NCBI GenBank assembly: GCA_015493585.1
Contig: WGCW01000004.1
Span: 497 to 64,496, forward strand
Source of the DNA: Acidobacteriota bacterium
Lineage (GTDB): Bacteria; Acidobacteriota; Thermoanaerobaculia; Thermoanaerobaculales; Sulfomarinibacteraceae
Direction: 5' to 3'
Length of the DNA: 64,000 nucleotides
This document shows positions 50,710-61,352 of the stretch, piece by piece. Position 1 is the first letter of the stretch, and each line of letters begins with the position of its first letter. Under the pieces are notes generated by a model. The model saw only the letters and a list, made by a program, of their open reading frames with translations. It was not told the origin of the DNA and did no database searches. Both the position numbers and the translations under genes were made by a program.

Positions 50710-52992
50710 ATGGCATCAAAGCTGCTGATCGTCGAGTCGCCCGCAAAGGCCCGGACCATCGGGAAGTTCTTGGGCAAGGACGTCGTCGTCAAGGCCTCGG
50801 TCGGCCACGTGCGCGACCTTCCCAAGTCCAAGCTCGGTGTCGATGAGGCGCACGGGTACCTGCCGGAATACGAAATTCTTCCCGACAAGGTCAAGATCGT
50901 GCAGGAGCTCAAACGCGCGGCGAAACAGGCATCTGAAATCTATCTGGCGGCCGACCCGGATCGCGAAGGGGAGGCAATCTGCTGGCACCTTGCCGAGATC
51001 CTGAAGAGCGCTGACAAACCGCTGCATCGCGTTGAGTTCCACGAGATTACGAAGCGTGCTATCCGCGAGGGGTTCGAGCACCCGCGCGACGTCGACATGA
51101 ACCGGGTGAACGCGCAACAGGCGCGGCGGGTGATCGACCGGCTCGTCGGCTACCGGTTGTCACCGTTGCTGTGGGAGAAGGTCAAGCGCGGGCTGTCGGC
51201 CGGCCGGGTCCAGTCGGTCGCCCTCAAAATGATCTGCGACCGGGAAGCGGAGATCGAAGCGTTCCAGCCGGAGGAGTACTGGCTAGTCGATGCCCGCGTC
51301 GCCGCTGAGAACCCTCCCCCGTTCGTCGTCAGGCTGGCCAAGCGGAAGGGCCGCAAGTGGCGGCCGGGAAACGCCGAAGAGGCGCACGCGGTCGAAGCCG
51401 TTCTCCGGGAAGGGCCTCTGAAGATCAGCAAGGTCGCCCGCCGGACGAGCACTCAGCGGCCACGCCCCCCGTTCATTACGTCGCACCTGCAACAGGCGGC
51501 CGCCCGCCGGCTGCACCTGCCGGTCCGGCGGACGATGCGGATCGCGCAGCGTCTCTACGAGGGCGTCGATCTCGGTGACCGTGGCCGGCTCGGGCTGATC
51601 ACGTATATGAGAACCGACTCCGTGCGCGTGGCTGGAGAGGCGATCACGGCCGCGCGGGAGCTGATCGGACGGAGGTGGGGGCCCGATGCCCTGCCCCCGA
51701 AGCCGAACGTGTTCAAGAACCGGTCCTCGGCGCAGGATGCCCACGAGGCAATCCGTCCCACTAACGTCGAGCTGACCCCCGAAGAGGTCGCGCCGTTCCT
51801 CAAACCCGACGAGCAGCGGCTCTACCGGATGATCTGGGAGCGCTTCGTCTCGTCACAGATGCGGCCCGCGCTCTTCGACGTCACGCAGGTCGAGGTGACC
51901 GCCGGTCCGTACACGCTTGCGGTGACGGGAAAGGTGATGCGGGAGGCGGGATTTCTCAAGGTGTGGCGTGAAAACGGCGATGCAAAGGGGGGACGCGACG
52001 CCGTTGCATTGCCCGGCGGGATCGAACAAGGGCAGACGGTCAAGCTCGAGGATGTGATGCTCGAGCAGAAGCAGACCCAGCCGCCCCCGCGTTACAGCGA
52101 AGGGATGCTGGTCAAGGTCCTCGAAGAAAATGGCATCGGCCGGCCGTCAACCTACGCGACGATCATTGCCACGATCTCCGGCCGGGATTACGTCATCAAG
52201 CAGAAGGGAACCTTCCGTCCGACCGAGCTTGGCAAGCTGGTGACCCGGCTTCTGACCGGCTCTTTTGCCCGCATCATCAACGAAAAGTATACGGCGAGCC
52301 TCGAGGCGGAGCTCGACCGCGTCGCTGGCGGGGAGGAAGATTGGCAAGAGCTCGTTCAGACCTTCGCCACGGCGTTCCAGGCGGAGCTCGAGCGTGCGAA
52401 GACCAGCATGGAACAGGTCAAGGGGAAGGGCGTGGAGACCGGCGAAACCTGTCCGAAGTGCGGGGCGCCGCTCGTCATCAAGTTCGGACGTTACGGTGAG
52501 TTTCTCGCGTGCACTAACTACCCGGAGTGCAGGTATACGCGAGATCTCGCCGAGACCCCGGACGGGGGGGCTGAAGCTGAGGAAGAGGCCCCGAAATGTC
52601 CGGAGTGCGGCGCGCCGATGGTCAAGAAGCGTTCGCGGTTCGGGCCGTTCTGGGCATGCTCGCGGTACCCGGAGTGCAAGGGAACGCGCCGGATCGGCAA
52701 GGGGGCTGCCGCGGCTCCTCCGAAGCCGACCGGTGTCCCCTGCCCTCGCGAGGGGTGCGATGGCGAAATCGTGGCGCGGGTCTCGCGCCGTGGGCGGACG
52801 TTCTACGGGTGCAGCCGGTACCCGAAGTGCGACTTTGTCATGTGGGATCCTCCCGTGCAGACCCCCTGTCCCGGTTGCGGTTTTCCCATCATGGGGCTGC
52901 ACGTGACGAAACGCCGTGGCCGCGAGCTCGTCTGTCCGGTCAAGAGCTGCGGGCATCGTGAGCCCGCTCCGGAGGGGCTCGAACCGGCGTGA
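50710..52992 (+). CDS. topA: DNA topoisomerase I with C-terminal zinc ribbons
   Basis: LLIVESPAKARTIGKFLG and LITYMRTDS (active-site Tyr). Four CxxC...CxxC modules at the C-terminus. Confidence 0.95.
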   Translation: MASKLLIVESPAKARTIGKFLGKDVVVKASVGHVRDLPKSKLGVDEAHGYLPEYEILPDKVKIVQELKRAAKQASEIYLAADPDREGEAICWHLAEILKSADKPLHRVEFHEITKRAIREGFEHPRDVDMNRVNAQQARRVIDRLVGYRLSPLLWEKVKRGLSAGRVQSVALKMICDREAEIEAFQPEEYWLVDARVAAENPPPFVVRLAKRKGRKWRPGNAEEAHAVEAVLREGPLKISKVARRTSTQRPRPPFITSHLQQAAARRLHLPVRRTMRIAQRLYEGVDLGDRGRLGLITYMRTDSVRVAGEAITAARELIGRRWGPDALPPKPNVFKNRSSAQDAHEAIRPTNVELTPEEVAPFLKPDEQRLYRMIWERFVSSQMRPALFDVTQVEVTAGPYTLAVTGKVMREAGFLKVWRENGDAKGGRDAVALPGGIEQGQTVKLEDVMLEQKQTQPPPRYSEGMLVKVLEENGIGRPSTYATIIATISGRDYVIKQKGTFRPTELGKLVTRLLTGSFARIINEKYTASLEAELDRVAGGEEDWQELVQTFATAFQAELERAKTSMEQVKGKGVETGETCPKCGAPLVIKFGRYGEFLACTNYPECRYTRDLAETPDGGAEAEEEAPKCPECGAPMVKKRSRFGPFWACSRYPECKGTRRIGKGAAAAPPKPTGVPCPREGCDGEIVARVSRRGRTFYGCSRYPKCDFVMWDPPVQTPCPGCGFPIMGLHVTKRRGRELVCPVKSCGHREPAPEGLEPA

Positions 52993-54317
52993 AGGCCCCG
53001 GCCGTGCTCGTCATCGGCGCTGGTTTAGCCGGGAGTGAAGCGGCGTGGCAGCTCGCCCGGGCCGGCATCCCGGTCGATCTGATCGAGATGCGTCCAGTGA
53101 CGATGACTCCGGCGCACCGCACGGGCAATTTTGCGGAGCTCGTGTGCTCGAACTCGTTGCGGAGCGGCGTGGAAACGAACGCCGTTGGCCTGCTCAAGCG
53201 CGAGATGGAGGCGCTCGATTCGATCGTGATGCGAGCCGCCCACGCTGCCGCCGTGCCTGCGGGAAGCGCACTTGCCGTTGACCGGCAGGTCTTTGCTGAG
53301 ACGGTAACGGAGGCGCTGGCCAGCCATCCGCTGATCCGCGTGCGGCGCGATGAGGTGACGGAGCTGCCGGAGGGTCCGGCCATTGTTGCAACGGGGCCGC
53401 TGACCTCACCTCCCTTGCACGCCGCGCTCGAGTCGCTCCTCGGGGAGGGCGCGCTCGCCTTCTACGACGCCGTGGCGCCGATCGTCACGGCGGACAGCCT
53501 GGACCGCACGAAGCTCTTCGCCGGATCGCGCTACGCGAAGGGGGGCGGCGACGACTACCTCAACGCGCCTTTGACCCGTGGCGAGTACGAACGGTTCGTC
53601 GACGAGTTGCTGGCGGCGGAGAAGGTGCCGTTCCGGGCGTTCGAGAGTGAGGCGATCCACTACTTCGAGGGCTGCCTGCCGGTCGAGGTGATGGCCGAGC
53701 GGGGACGCGACACCTTGCGGTACGGGCCGATGAAACCGGTGGGCCTCGTCGATCCGCGAACTGGGACCCGGCCGTGGGCGGTCATCCAACTGCGGCAGGA
53801 CGATCTCGCGGCGGAACAGTGGAACCTGGTTGGCTTTCAAACGAAGCTGACCAAACCGGAGCAGAAACGGGTCTTCCGTATGATTCCCGGGCTGGAACAC
53901 GCCCGTTTTGTCCGGTACGGAATGATCCATCGCAACACGTTCATCAACGCACCCGCGCACCTCGATCCGTTACTGCGGCTCAGGCTCCGGCCCGATCTCC
54001 GGTTGGCTGGACAGATCACCGGGGTCGAGGGGTACGTGGAGTCGGCCGCGATCGGGCTGCTGGCAGGGCGGATGGCAGCAATGGAGCTGACGGGCCGCGC
54101 GGTCGAGCCGCCACCCCCGGCGACGGCGATGGGAGGGCTCATCCGGCATCTCACGGCCCGCCGCGCAGGGCGCTTCGAGCCGGCCAATATCAGCTGGGGG
54201 CTGATCCGCTGTCCCCTTGAGCTGAGCTCGATCCGGGACAAGCGGGAACGCCGCCGGCAGCAGGGGGCCGCCGCTCTCGATCTGATCCGCAGGTGGGCCG
54301 CCGGGGAGCACGTGTAG
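52989..54317 (+). CDS. trmFO: methylenetetrahydrofolate--tRNA-(uracil54-C5)-methyltransferase TrmFO
   Basis: VIGAGLAGSEAAWQLA and FAELVCSNSLR..., with the GidA-like fold. GTG start with a 4-nt overlap with topA. The dprA-topA-trmFO order is conserved in many bacteria. Confidence 0.9.
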   Translation: MKAPAVLVIGAGLAGSEAAWQLARAGIPVDLIEMRPVTMTPAHRTGNFAELVCSNSLRSGVETNAVGLLKREMEALDSIVMRAAHAAAVPAGSALAVDRQVFAETVTEALASHPLIRVRRDEVTELPEGPAIVATGPLTSPPLHAALESLLGEGALAFYDAVAPIVTADSLDRTKLFAGSRYAKGGGDDYLNAPLTRGEYERFVDELLAAEKVPFRAFESEAIHYFEGCLPVEVMAERGRDTLRYGPMKPVGLVDPRTGTRPWAVIQLRQDDLAAEQWNLVGFQTKLTKPEQKRVFRMIPGLEHARFVRYGMIHRNTFINAPAHLDPLLRLRLRPDLRLAGQITGVEGYVESAAIGLLAGRMAAMELTGRAVEPPPPATAMGGLIRHLTARRAGRFEPANISWGLIRCPLELSSIRDKRERRRQQGAAALDLIRRWAAGEHV

Positions 54318-54386
54318 CTGTCCGCCGGCCGTCAGCTGCATGACCGGCGTGCGCCAACGCAGATCGGCACCGTGCTGACGGGAGCG

Positions 54387-54920
54387 CTACTGCTGATGGC
54401 TCGTGGTACCGGTGGCTCCGGCTGGTTTGGCTGGTTTGGCTGGCTCGGCGGGCAGCGCGGTGACCCGGTGCCATGTCGCGTTCCGCCCAAGGAAGGAAAA
54501 GCCGATATACCCGCGGACCTTGAGCGTGTCGTTCCCCTCGAGCCACATCTTGCACTTGTAGGTCTTGCCTAGGTTTGGGTCGTAGATCGTACCCTTCTTC
54601 CAGCGGTTATGCCCTTTGTACACGAACCCCTTGAGCAGCTCGAGCCCCATGATTGGGCGGTTACGGAGGAGAGGGTTGGGGTTGTGGAGATCGGCCTTGG
54701 GTTGTCCGGGGCGGGGCCCGTTGGGGCCGTAGATCGGTTTTTCGAGCCAAACGATCCGGCCGTTGAAGATCTTCCCGTTGCGTGTAATTTTGACGATGGC
54801 ACAGCCGTTCGGGTTGGGTTCGGTCTTCCACAGACCAACGATCGCGTCTCCGTTGCCGGCGGCGCGGGCGAGCGGAGTGATCAGGGCGATGATGGTAAGG
54901 GCAATCAGGGCTTTTTTCAT
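54387..54920 (-). CDS. secreted DUF2147-domain protein
   Basis: Signal peptide MKKALIALTIIALITPLARA, then GLWKTEP...GRIVWLEKP...DLHNPNP..LR.RP..GLELLKGF...W..GTIYDP..GKTYKC...L....LKVRGY. Confidence 0.75.
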   Translation of the reverse strand: MKKALIALTIIALITPLARAAGNGDAIVGLWKTEPNPNGCAIVKITRNGKIFNGRIVWLEKPIYGPNGPRPGQPKADLHNPNPLLRNRPIMGLELLKGFVYKGHNRWKKGTIYDPNLGKTYKCKMWLEGNDTLKVRGYIGFSFLGRNATWHRVTALPAEPAKPAKPAGATGTTSHQQ

Positions 54921-54990
54921 GGCAACTCCTCCAGAGCGCTCGGCGATCGTGCGGTAGTATAACGCGGACGCTGGAGGACCGCGGCGTCAG

Positions 54991-55707
54991 ATGGGGGGAA
55001 CGGTGAGCTGGAAACCGGAGCTGATTCTGCTCGATCTCGATGGAACCCTCGTCGACTCATTTCCGGCGATCACGGCTGCGCTCAACGAAGCGTTGGCTGC
55101 CCGCAGCCTGAAGCCCGTCGATCTGGACTGGGTCCGCCGCCACGTTGGCCGTGGCGCGCGTGCCCTCCTCGCCGATGCGTTGCCCGGCCCCGGCGATGAG
55201 GCGGCCGTGGCCGATCTACTGCGCGGCTTCCGGCAGAGCTACGAGCGGCTCTTTCTCGATGCGACACCGCCGCTTCCCGGTGTTCCTGAAACGCTTCAGA
55301 TCCTCGCACGAAGAGCCCCGCTGGCGCTCGTGACCAACAAGCCGGATGCCTGGGCCGCCGCTTTGATCGATCACCTCGGCTGGAGGCCGCTGTTTGCTGC
55401 CGTTCAGGGTCCCGAAGCGGCCGGCGCACGCAAACCCGATCCGGCGATGGTGTCCCGCGCGCTTGGCGCCGTTGACGCCCGTGCGTCCAACGCCCTGCTC
55501 GTCGGGGATATGGAGGTGGATGTCGAGACGGCGCGCAACGCCGGGGTACCGATGGTCGCCGTGGCGACCGGCGCGCGCTCAGCGGCCGAGCTCGCAGCCG
55601 CCGGGGCACCGGCCGTGCTCGAACGGCTCTCCCGGCTTCCCGCTTGGCTCGATACGAGGCAAGAGCCCGGGCGGGCATCCCCGGAGCGCCACCATCATTC
55701 GGGGTAG
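54991..55707 (+). CDS. HAD-superfamily hydrolase (phosphoglycolate phosphatase-like)
   Basis: LLDLDGTLVDS (DxDGT), VTNKP and VGDMEVDVETARNAG. Confidence 0.82.
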   Translation: MGGTVSWKPELILLDLDGTLVDSFPAITAALNEALAARSLKPVDLDWVRRHVGRGARALLADALPGPGDEAAVADLLRGFRQSYERLFLDATPPLPGVPETLQILARRAPLALVTNKPDAWAAALIDHLGWRPLFAAVQGPEAAGARKPDPAMVSRALGAVDARASNALLVGDMEVDVETARNAGVPMVAVATGARSAAELAAAGAPAVLERLSRLPAWLDTRQEPGRASPERHHHSG

Positions 55708-55803
55708 AATGGGGTCAGCCCAGGGATCGATGCTCGTCGCGGCCATGGGGGAAGTGGACATCACAGGAGGGCCGGAGCCAAGTTCCCCGGGTGAGGGGGT
55801 TGC

Positions 55804-56127
55804 ATGTACAAACCGAGTGAAAAGGAAGAGGAGTATTTCAAACGCCAGGAGCTCGCGAAGCTGAAGAAGATGCGTGAGGAGGCTGCGCGGAAGATGGAAC
55901 AGGAGGAGCTCAAGAGGATGAAGGAGCTCCACTGGATGCGCTGTCCGAAGTGCGGCATGGCGCTCGAAGAGGTCGACTACCGCGGCGTCATGGTCGATGT
56001 CTGCTTAAGCTGCGGCGGGATGTTCCTCGATAAGGGCGAGGTCGAGAAGATCATTGCTGCGGAAGATCGGGGAATTCTCGCCCGTCTCGGCTCGCTGCTG
56101 TTTACCAGCGATCAGACCGTCGATTGA
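55804..56127 (+). CDS. zf-TFIIB-type zinc-ribbon domain protein
   Basis: CPKCGMALEEVDYRGVMVDVCLSCGGMFLDKGEVEKI, preceded by a charged helix. Confidence 0.75.
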   Translation: MYKPSEKEEEYFKRQELAKLKKMREEAARKMEQEELKRMKELHWMRCPKCGMALEEVDYRGVMVDVCLSCGGMFLDKGEVEKIIAAEDRGILARLGSLLFTSDQTVD

Positions 56128-57182
56128 TGCGCATCGCCCTGATCTTTGGCGGCCGCTCGCCCGAGCATGCCGTCAGTATCGTCTCCGCCTCCTCGATTGC
56201 GCGGGCGCTCGACCGCGATCGCTACGAGGTGATCCCAATGGCGATCGACCGGCAGGGGTGCTGGGCAACGGCCGGGGTATCGGCGGCCGTGCTTGACGCA
56301 GCAGTCAGCCGTCCCGACGAGGTTCCCACATTTGAAGGGATACACGCGGTGGATCCCAGGCTGCTCGACGGGAGCGTCGATCTCGCCTTTCCGGCGCTGC
56401 ACGGTGCGTACGGTGAGGATGGAACGATTCAGGGTCTGTTCGAGATGCTCGATCTGCCGTACGTCGGTTGCGGGGTGGCCGCTTCGGCCATCTGCATCGA
56501 CAAGGGGCTGACGAAACGGCTGCTCTCAGCGGCTGGGTTGCCAACGGCGCGGTGGGTTGAAATCGGCCGGTACGACTGGAACGCCGGCCGGGACACTTCG
56601 CGTGTGCGGTGCCAGTCGCTCGGGTTCCCCGTCTTCGTCAAGCCGGCCCGGCTTGGTTCGTCGGTCGGGATCTCGCAGGCCGCGACCGGGCCCGAGCTCG
56701 AGGCCGCGATCGATCTGGCCTTCTCGTTTGATGATCGCGTCATCGTCGAGGAGCGGATCGATGGGCGGGAGATCGAAGTGGCCGTGCTTGGCAACGAAAC
56801 CGCTGAGGCGTCGGTGCCCGGAGAGGTCGTGCCCGGACATGAGTTCTACGACTTTGCCGACAAATACCTCGACGATGCCTGTACGCTCCTGGCGCCGGCG
56901 CCGCTCGAAGAGGAAGCCACAACACGCGCCCGGAAGCTCGCCATGGACGTCTACCGGACGCTGGGCTGCGCCGGGATGGCACGGGTTGACCTCTTTTTTG
57001 AGCGGAGCGGAGACCGCTTTCTGGTCAATGAGGTCAACACGATCCCGGGGTTCACGCCGATCTCGATGTACCCGCGCCTCTGGGGCCTATCTGGGCTGGA
57101 ATACCCTGCGCTTCTTGACCGGTTGATCGAGCTTGCTCGCGCCCGGCACGAGGCGCAAACGGCGCTCATCGGCGGTGGTTGA
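56124..57182 (+). CDS. ddl: D-alanine--D-alanine ligase
   Basis: GGRSPEHAVS, HGAYGEDGTIQGLFE and EVNTIPGFT. Confidence 0.93.
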   Translation: MMRIALIFGGRSPEHAVSIVSASSIARALDRDRYEVIPMAIDRQGCWATAGVSAAVLDAAVSRPDEVPTFEGIHAVDPRLLDGSVDLAFPALHGAYGEDGTIQGLFEMLDLPYVGCGVAASAICIDKGLTKRLLSAAGLPTARWVEIGRYDWNAGRDTSRVRCQSLGFPVFVKPARLGSSVGISQAATGPELEAAIDLAFSFDDRVIVEERIDGREIEVAVLGNETAEASVPGEVVPGHEFYDFADKYLDDACTLLAPAPLEEEATTRARKLAMDVYRTLGCAGMARVDLFFERSGDRFLVNEVNTIPGFTPISMYPRLWGLSGLEYPALLDRLIELARARHEAQTALIGGG

Positions 57183-57269
57183 CGGGAGCCTCACAGGTGT
57201 CTAAGGTGCGCATGTGAAAGTTTTCTCATACCCCAGCCCCACAGTGGGCCGTACCCAAGGAGGCGCCGA

Positions 57270-59531
57270 ATGGCAAAGTTAACTCGTGAAGCCGCCCTCG
57301 CGTACCACACCGGTAAGCGTCATGGAAAGCTGGCGGTGATTTCCACCAAGCCGTGTGCAACCCAGCTCGAGCTGGCGATGGCATATACGCCGGGTGTCGC
57401 CGAACCGTGCCGGGAAATCGAAAAGGATGAAGACCTCGTCTTCGAGTACACCAACAAGGGGAACCTCGTTGCCGTGGTCTCCAACTGCACGGCCGTGCTC
57501 GGTCTCGGGGACATCGGACCGCTGGCCGGTAAGCCGGTCATGGAGGGCAAGGGTGTCCTCTTCAAACGGTTCGCCGATATCGATGTTTTCGACATCGAGG
57601 TCGACACCCATGATCCGCACGAGATCATTCGCTTCTGCCAGATGCTCGAGCCCACCGTCGGCGGTATCAACCTCGAGGACATCAAGGCCCCCGAGTGTTT
57701 CCAGGTCGAAGAAGAGCTCAAGAAGACGATGAAAATCCCCGTGTTTCACGACGATCAACACGGCACGGCGATCATCTCCGGCGCCGCATTGCTCAACGCT
57801 TTGGAGGTGACGGGGAAGAAGATCGATGAGGTCAAGGTCGTCTTTTCGGGTGCGGGGGCTGCCGGCATCGCCTGTGCCAACTTCTACATCTCACTGGGTG
57901 TGAAGCCCGAAAACCTCATCCTCGTCGATTCAAAGGGTGTCATCTACAAGGGACGGACCGAACGGATGAACCCGTACAAGGAACGTCTCGCGAACGACAC
58001 CGATGCCCGCACCTTGGCCGACGCCATCGTCGGCGCCGATGTGTTCGCAGGTGTTTCGACGAAGGGTGTCCTGACCCAGGATATGGTGCGCCAGATGGCC
58101 GACAACCCAATCATCTTCGCCATGGCCAACCCGGATCCTGAAATTACCTATGAAGATGCGATGGCGGCCCGGCCGGATGTCATCATGGCGACCGGCCGCT
58201 CCGACTACCCCAACCAGGTCAACAACGTGCTCGGATTCCCCTCGATCTTCAGGGGCGCGCTCGACGTCGCGGCCACCGAGATCAACGAGGAGATGAAGTT
58301 GGCAGCTGCGCACGCGCTTGCCGATCTCGCCAAGGAAGACGTGCCGGAGTCGGTCATGCGGGCGTACGGAGGCAAGAGCTTCAGTTTTGGGCGCGAGTAC
58401 CTGATTCCGAAACCGTTCGATCCACGGGTGTTGCTGTGGGAGGCCTCAGCGGTCGCGGAGGCTGCCATCAAGACGGGCGTCGCGAAGAAACCGTACGCTT
58501 CGAAGGAGGAGTACATCCGGCAGCTCGAAACGAGGCTCTCCCGGATCCGCGAGGTGATGCACGTCATCTTCGACCATGCCAAAGCCGATCCCAAGCGGAT
58601 CGTGTTCCCGGAGGGCGAAGATACCAAGATCGTTCTTGCGGCCAAGACCCTGGTTTCCGAGAAGATTTGCCGGCCGATCCTCGTCGGTGATGCAACAAAG
58701 ATCGGAGAGCTGCTGAAGACGCACGAGGTCCATCCGGGAGAGATCGACGTCATCGACCCAAGGACCTCGGGAAAGGCCGCGGCCTATGCTGAGAAGTTGC
58801 ACTCGATGCGCTGGCGCAACGGCGTGACGCAGGCCGACGCTGAGAAGAAGATGCGGGACCCGGTCTATTTCGGCAACATGATGGTCCATGAGGGTGATGC
58901 CGATGGCCTGATCTCCGGATTGACGATGTACTACCCGGAAACCATTCGCCCCGCCCTCCAGATCCATGCGACAGAGCCGGGAATCTCCCGTGTCGCGGGC
59001 GTCTATGCGCTGCTCTTCGAAGACCGGATCCTCTTCATCGCTGATACCACGGTCAATGTCGATCCCACGGCCGAAGAGCTGGCCGAGATCGCGCATCTGG
59101 CCGCCGAAATTCCGCGAACCTACTTCGGCATCGAGCCGCGGATCGCCATGTTGTCCTACTCAAACTTCGGCTCGAACCGGGACGAGCGGACGAACAAGGT
59201 GCGCCGCGCGACGGCGATCGCCCGCGAGCGGTGGCCGGAGCTCATCATCGAAGGTGAGATGCAGGCCGACACCGCGGTCGAGCCGTCGATCGCCGAGGCG
59301 ACCTACCCGTTCGCCGCAATCAAGGGGGATGCCAACGTTCTGGTGTGTCCCGACCTCGAATCGGCGAACATCGCCTACAAGCTGCTCTGGAGGCTCGGCA
59401 AGGTCGAAGCGATCGGCCCCATCCTGACCGGGATCGGAGCGCCGGTCCACGTGCTGCAGCGCGGCGTCGATGTCAGCGACATCGTCAACATGGCCGCGAT
59501 GTGTGTGCTGAAGGCCCAGCAGTACAGCTGA
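57270..59531 (+). CDS. maeB: NADP-dependent malic enzyme with C-terminal phosphotransacetylase-like domain
   Basis: [32 protein letters not shown] and a PTA-like C-terminal half. Confidence 0.93.
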   Translation: MAKLTREAALAYHTGKRHGKLAVISTKPCATQLELAMAYTPGVAEPCREIEKDEDLVFEYTNKGNLVAVVSNCTAVLGLGDIGPLAGKPVMEGKGVLFKRFADIDVFDIEVDTHDPHEIIRFCQMLEPTVGGINLEDIKAPECFQVEEELKKTMKIPVFHDDQHGTAIISGAALLNALEVTGKKIDEVKVVFSGAGAAGIACANFYISLGVKPENLILVDSKGVIYKGRTERMNPYKERLANDTDARTLADAIVGADVFAGVSTKGVLTQDMVRQMADNPIIFAMANPDPEITYEDAMAARPDVIMATGRSDYPNQVNNVLGFPSIFRGALDVAATEINEEMKLAAAHALADLAKEDVPESVMRAYGGKSFSFGREYLIPKPFDPRVLLWEASAVAEAAIKTGVAKKPYASKEEYIRQLETRLSRIREVMHVIFDHAKADPKRIVFPEGEDTKIVLAAKTLVSEKICRPILVGDATKIGELLKTHEVHPGEIDVIDPRTSGKAAAYAEKLHSMRWRNGVTQADAEKKMRDPVYFGNMMVHEGDADGLISGLTMYYPETIRPALQIHATEPGISRVAGVYALLFEDRILFIADTTVNVDPTAEELAEIAHLAAEIPRTYFGIEPRIAMLSYSNFGSNRDERTNKVRRATAIARERWPELIIEGEMQADTAVEPSIAEATYPFAAIKGDANVLVCPDLESANIAYKLLWRLGKVEAIGPILTGIGAPVHVLQRGVDVSDIVNMAAMCVLKAQQYS

Positions 59532-59554
59532 GTTTTCGTCGGATCAAAGATCGT

Positions 59555-59583
59555 GGGCGGCGGATTCCCGCCGCCCTTTTTCT
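59555..59583 (+). terminator. intrinsic terminator after maeB
   Basis: GGGCGGCGG-ATTC-CCGCCGCCC (9-bp GC stem, 4-nt loop) followed by TTTTTCT. Confidence 0.8.
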
Positions 59584-59633
59584 GCCTTGTTGTCTCCGGT
59601 ACAATGGACCCAGGTACAAGGGAGGAGAGCGAG

Positions 59634-60554
59634 ATGAAAGGGAAAATCGGTGTTCTTATCATGATCATGGCCCTGGTAGCTGCGGCCATTCCAGTGATGG
59701 CCGCGCAGCCGGCCGGCGGCCTGCGGTATTCGATCACGGTCAGCAAATTCGAAAATCGGGCAAACTGGTCAGGGCGGTGGGACCTCGGCGATGCGTGGGG
59801 AACCGTGCTGACCGATATGCTCAACCAGACCGGGAAGTTCATCGTTCTCGGTGAAACGGACATGCGCCAGGCAGCGCTCAGTGAGCAGGATTTCGTAGCC
59901 TCCGGACGAACGGCTCAGGGGAAGAAGGCGCCCGTTACCGGCCAGATGACCCCGGCTCAGCTCCTCGTCAAGGGGGTCATCACGCACGTGCAAGGTGACA
60001 CGGCCGGCGGCCACGGCGGTATCCGGATCCATGGTTTCCGGATCGGTGGCCGGGGCGGCAAGGGAGAGGTCGACGCCACGATTTACGTCATCGATTCGAC
60101 AACCGGTCAGGTGGTGGCGTCGACGAACGTCGTTGGGAAGGCCAAACGCAGGGGGCTCAACCTCGGGTACGACACCGGCGGTTGGGGTGCGGCGTTTGGC
60201 GGGCACAAGAATGACAACGTGGGGCTTGCCGTTCAGGCGGCGTGCGCCAAAGCTGTCGATTTCATCGTCGCCCAGCTCCCGAACATTCAGTGGACAGGCA
60301 CCGTTGTGCTCGCCAAGGCGGGGAAGGTTTTCATCAACCGTGGGTCCCGTGAAGGTGTGCAGCCCGGACAGGAGTTCGTCGTTGGGAAGGCTGAGGTGTT
60401 GCGCGACCCCGACACCGGCGAGGTGCTCGATGAAGAGGTCAAAAAGGTGGCGATGATCCGCGTCGATCGCGTCAAGGAGAAGATTTCCATCTGTTCTGTG
60501 ATGAGCGGCAACGCATCAGCGATCCATCGTGGGATGACCGTCCATCTTCCGTAG
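59634..60554 (+). CDS. CsgG-family (curli secretion channel-like) periplasmic/outer-membrane protein with extra C-terminal domain
   Basis: Signal peptide MKGKIGVLIMIMALVAAAIPVMA, then ITVSKFENRANW...LGDAWGTVLTDMLNQTGKFIVLGETDMRQAALSEQDF, which is CsgG-like. GGAGGAG lies 6 nt upstream of the ATG. The tracked ORF starts earlier, at 59553. Confidence 0.7.
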   Translation: MKGKIGVLIMIMALVAAAIPVMAAQPAGGLRYSITVSKFENRANWSGRWDLGDAWGTVLTDMLNQTGKFIVLGETDMRQAALSEQDFVASGRTAQGKKAPVTGQMTPAQLLVKGVITHVQGDTAGGHGGIRIHGFRIGGRGGKGEVDATIYVIDSTTGQVVASTNVVGKAKRRGLNLGYDTGGWGAAFGGHKNDNVGLAVQAACAKAVDFIVAQLPNIQWTGTVVLAKAGKVFINRGSREGVQPGQEFVVGKAEVLRDPDTGEVLDEEVKKVAMIRVDRVKEKISICSVMSGNASAIHRGMTVHLP

Positions 60555-60617
60555 ACCGTTGCGGTGATCTGAAAACCTGCGCCCGGTCCCGGCTTCAGCT
60601 TGGGCCGGGCGTGTGCT

Positions 60618-61349
60618 TTACGATCCGGAGCAGGTCGAGACGACCTGGGCCGGGGGCCAATCGGTGATGAGCCTCCGGCGGGCCCGCTCGGCATCGTGGC
60701 GGCTTGCATACGGACCGACCCGGACGCGGTGAAAACCGTTCGGGCCCGGCATGACGACGGCTGGCTGGCCGTTGATCTTGAGGATTTCCCGGGCCCTGAG
60801 GGCGTTGTCTTCATCCTGGAACGATCCGATTTGGACCCACCAGCATCCGTGGCTCATCGTCCCGGGCTCCGGCGCCGCAGCAGGTGGGGATGGCCGTGTT
60901 CGTGGCTGCGGGCTTCGGGGTGGCGAAGCAGTCCGGCGCGGTGTGACACCGCCGCCGAGGACCGTCAGGCGGACCGGGGCCACACCATCGATGTCGAGGC
61001 CGATCTTCTTCGCAGCGGCGTAGGAGAGGTCGATGATCCTGTTGCGGACGAACGGCCCGCGGTCGTTGATCCGCACGACGACGCTCGCTCCCGTGTCACG
61101 CCGGGTGACCCGGACACGCGTTCCAAACGGCAGCGTCTTGTGAGCCGCGGTCAGATCGTACATGTTGTAGATCTCACCCGATGCGGTGGGCCTTCCGTTG
61201 AACGGTTTGCCGTACCACGACGCGTAGCCCGTTTGCACGGCGCCCGGGACCCCAACGGCCACGCGTTCGCCGCGGTGCGCGCACCCTGAAGCGCCGATGA
61301 AGAACCCCAACAACAGGACGGCGCGGACTCTGCTCCTTCCCCTGAGCAC
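60618..61349 (-). CDS. rlpA: septal ring lytic transglycosylase RlpA-family protein with C-terminal SPOR domain
   Basis: YASWYGKPFNGRPTASGEIYNMYDLTAAHKTLPFGTRVRVT...VRINDRGPF (DPBB), plus WWVQIGSFQDEDNALRA (SPOR). Confidence 0.88.
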   Translation of the reverse strand: MLRGRSRVRAVLLLGFFIGASGCAHRGERVAVGVPGAVQTGYASWYGKPFNGRPTASGEIYNMYDLTAAHKTLPFGTRVRVTRRDTGASVVVRINDRGPFVRNRIIDLSYAAAKKIGLDIDGVAPVRLTVLGGGVTPRRTASPPRSPQPRTRPSPPAAAPEPGTMSHGCWWVQIGSFQDEDNALRAREILKINGQPAVVMPGPNGFHRVRVGPYASRHDAERARRRLITDWPPAQVVSTCSGS

Positions 61350-61352
61350 CGG

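Noticed and set aside
54422-54448. Short tandem repeat ctggtttgg x2 (plus one degenerate unit).
   Set aside because: It lies inside the DUF2147 gene and simply encodes a PAKPAKPA low-complexity C-terminal linker. It is not a regulatory or CRISPR-like repeat.
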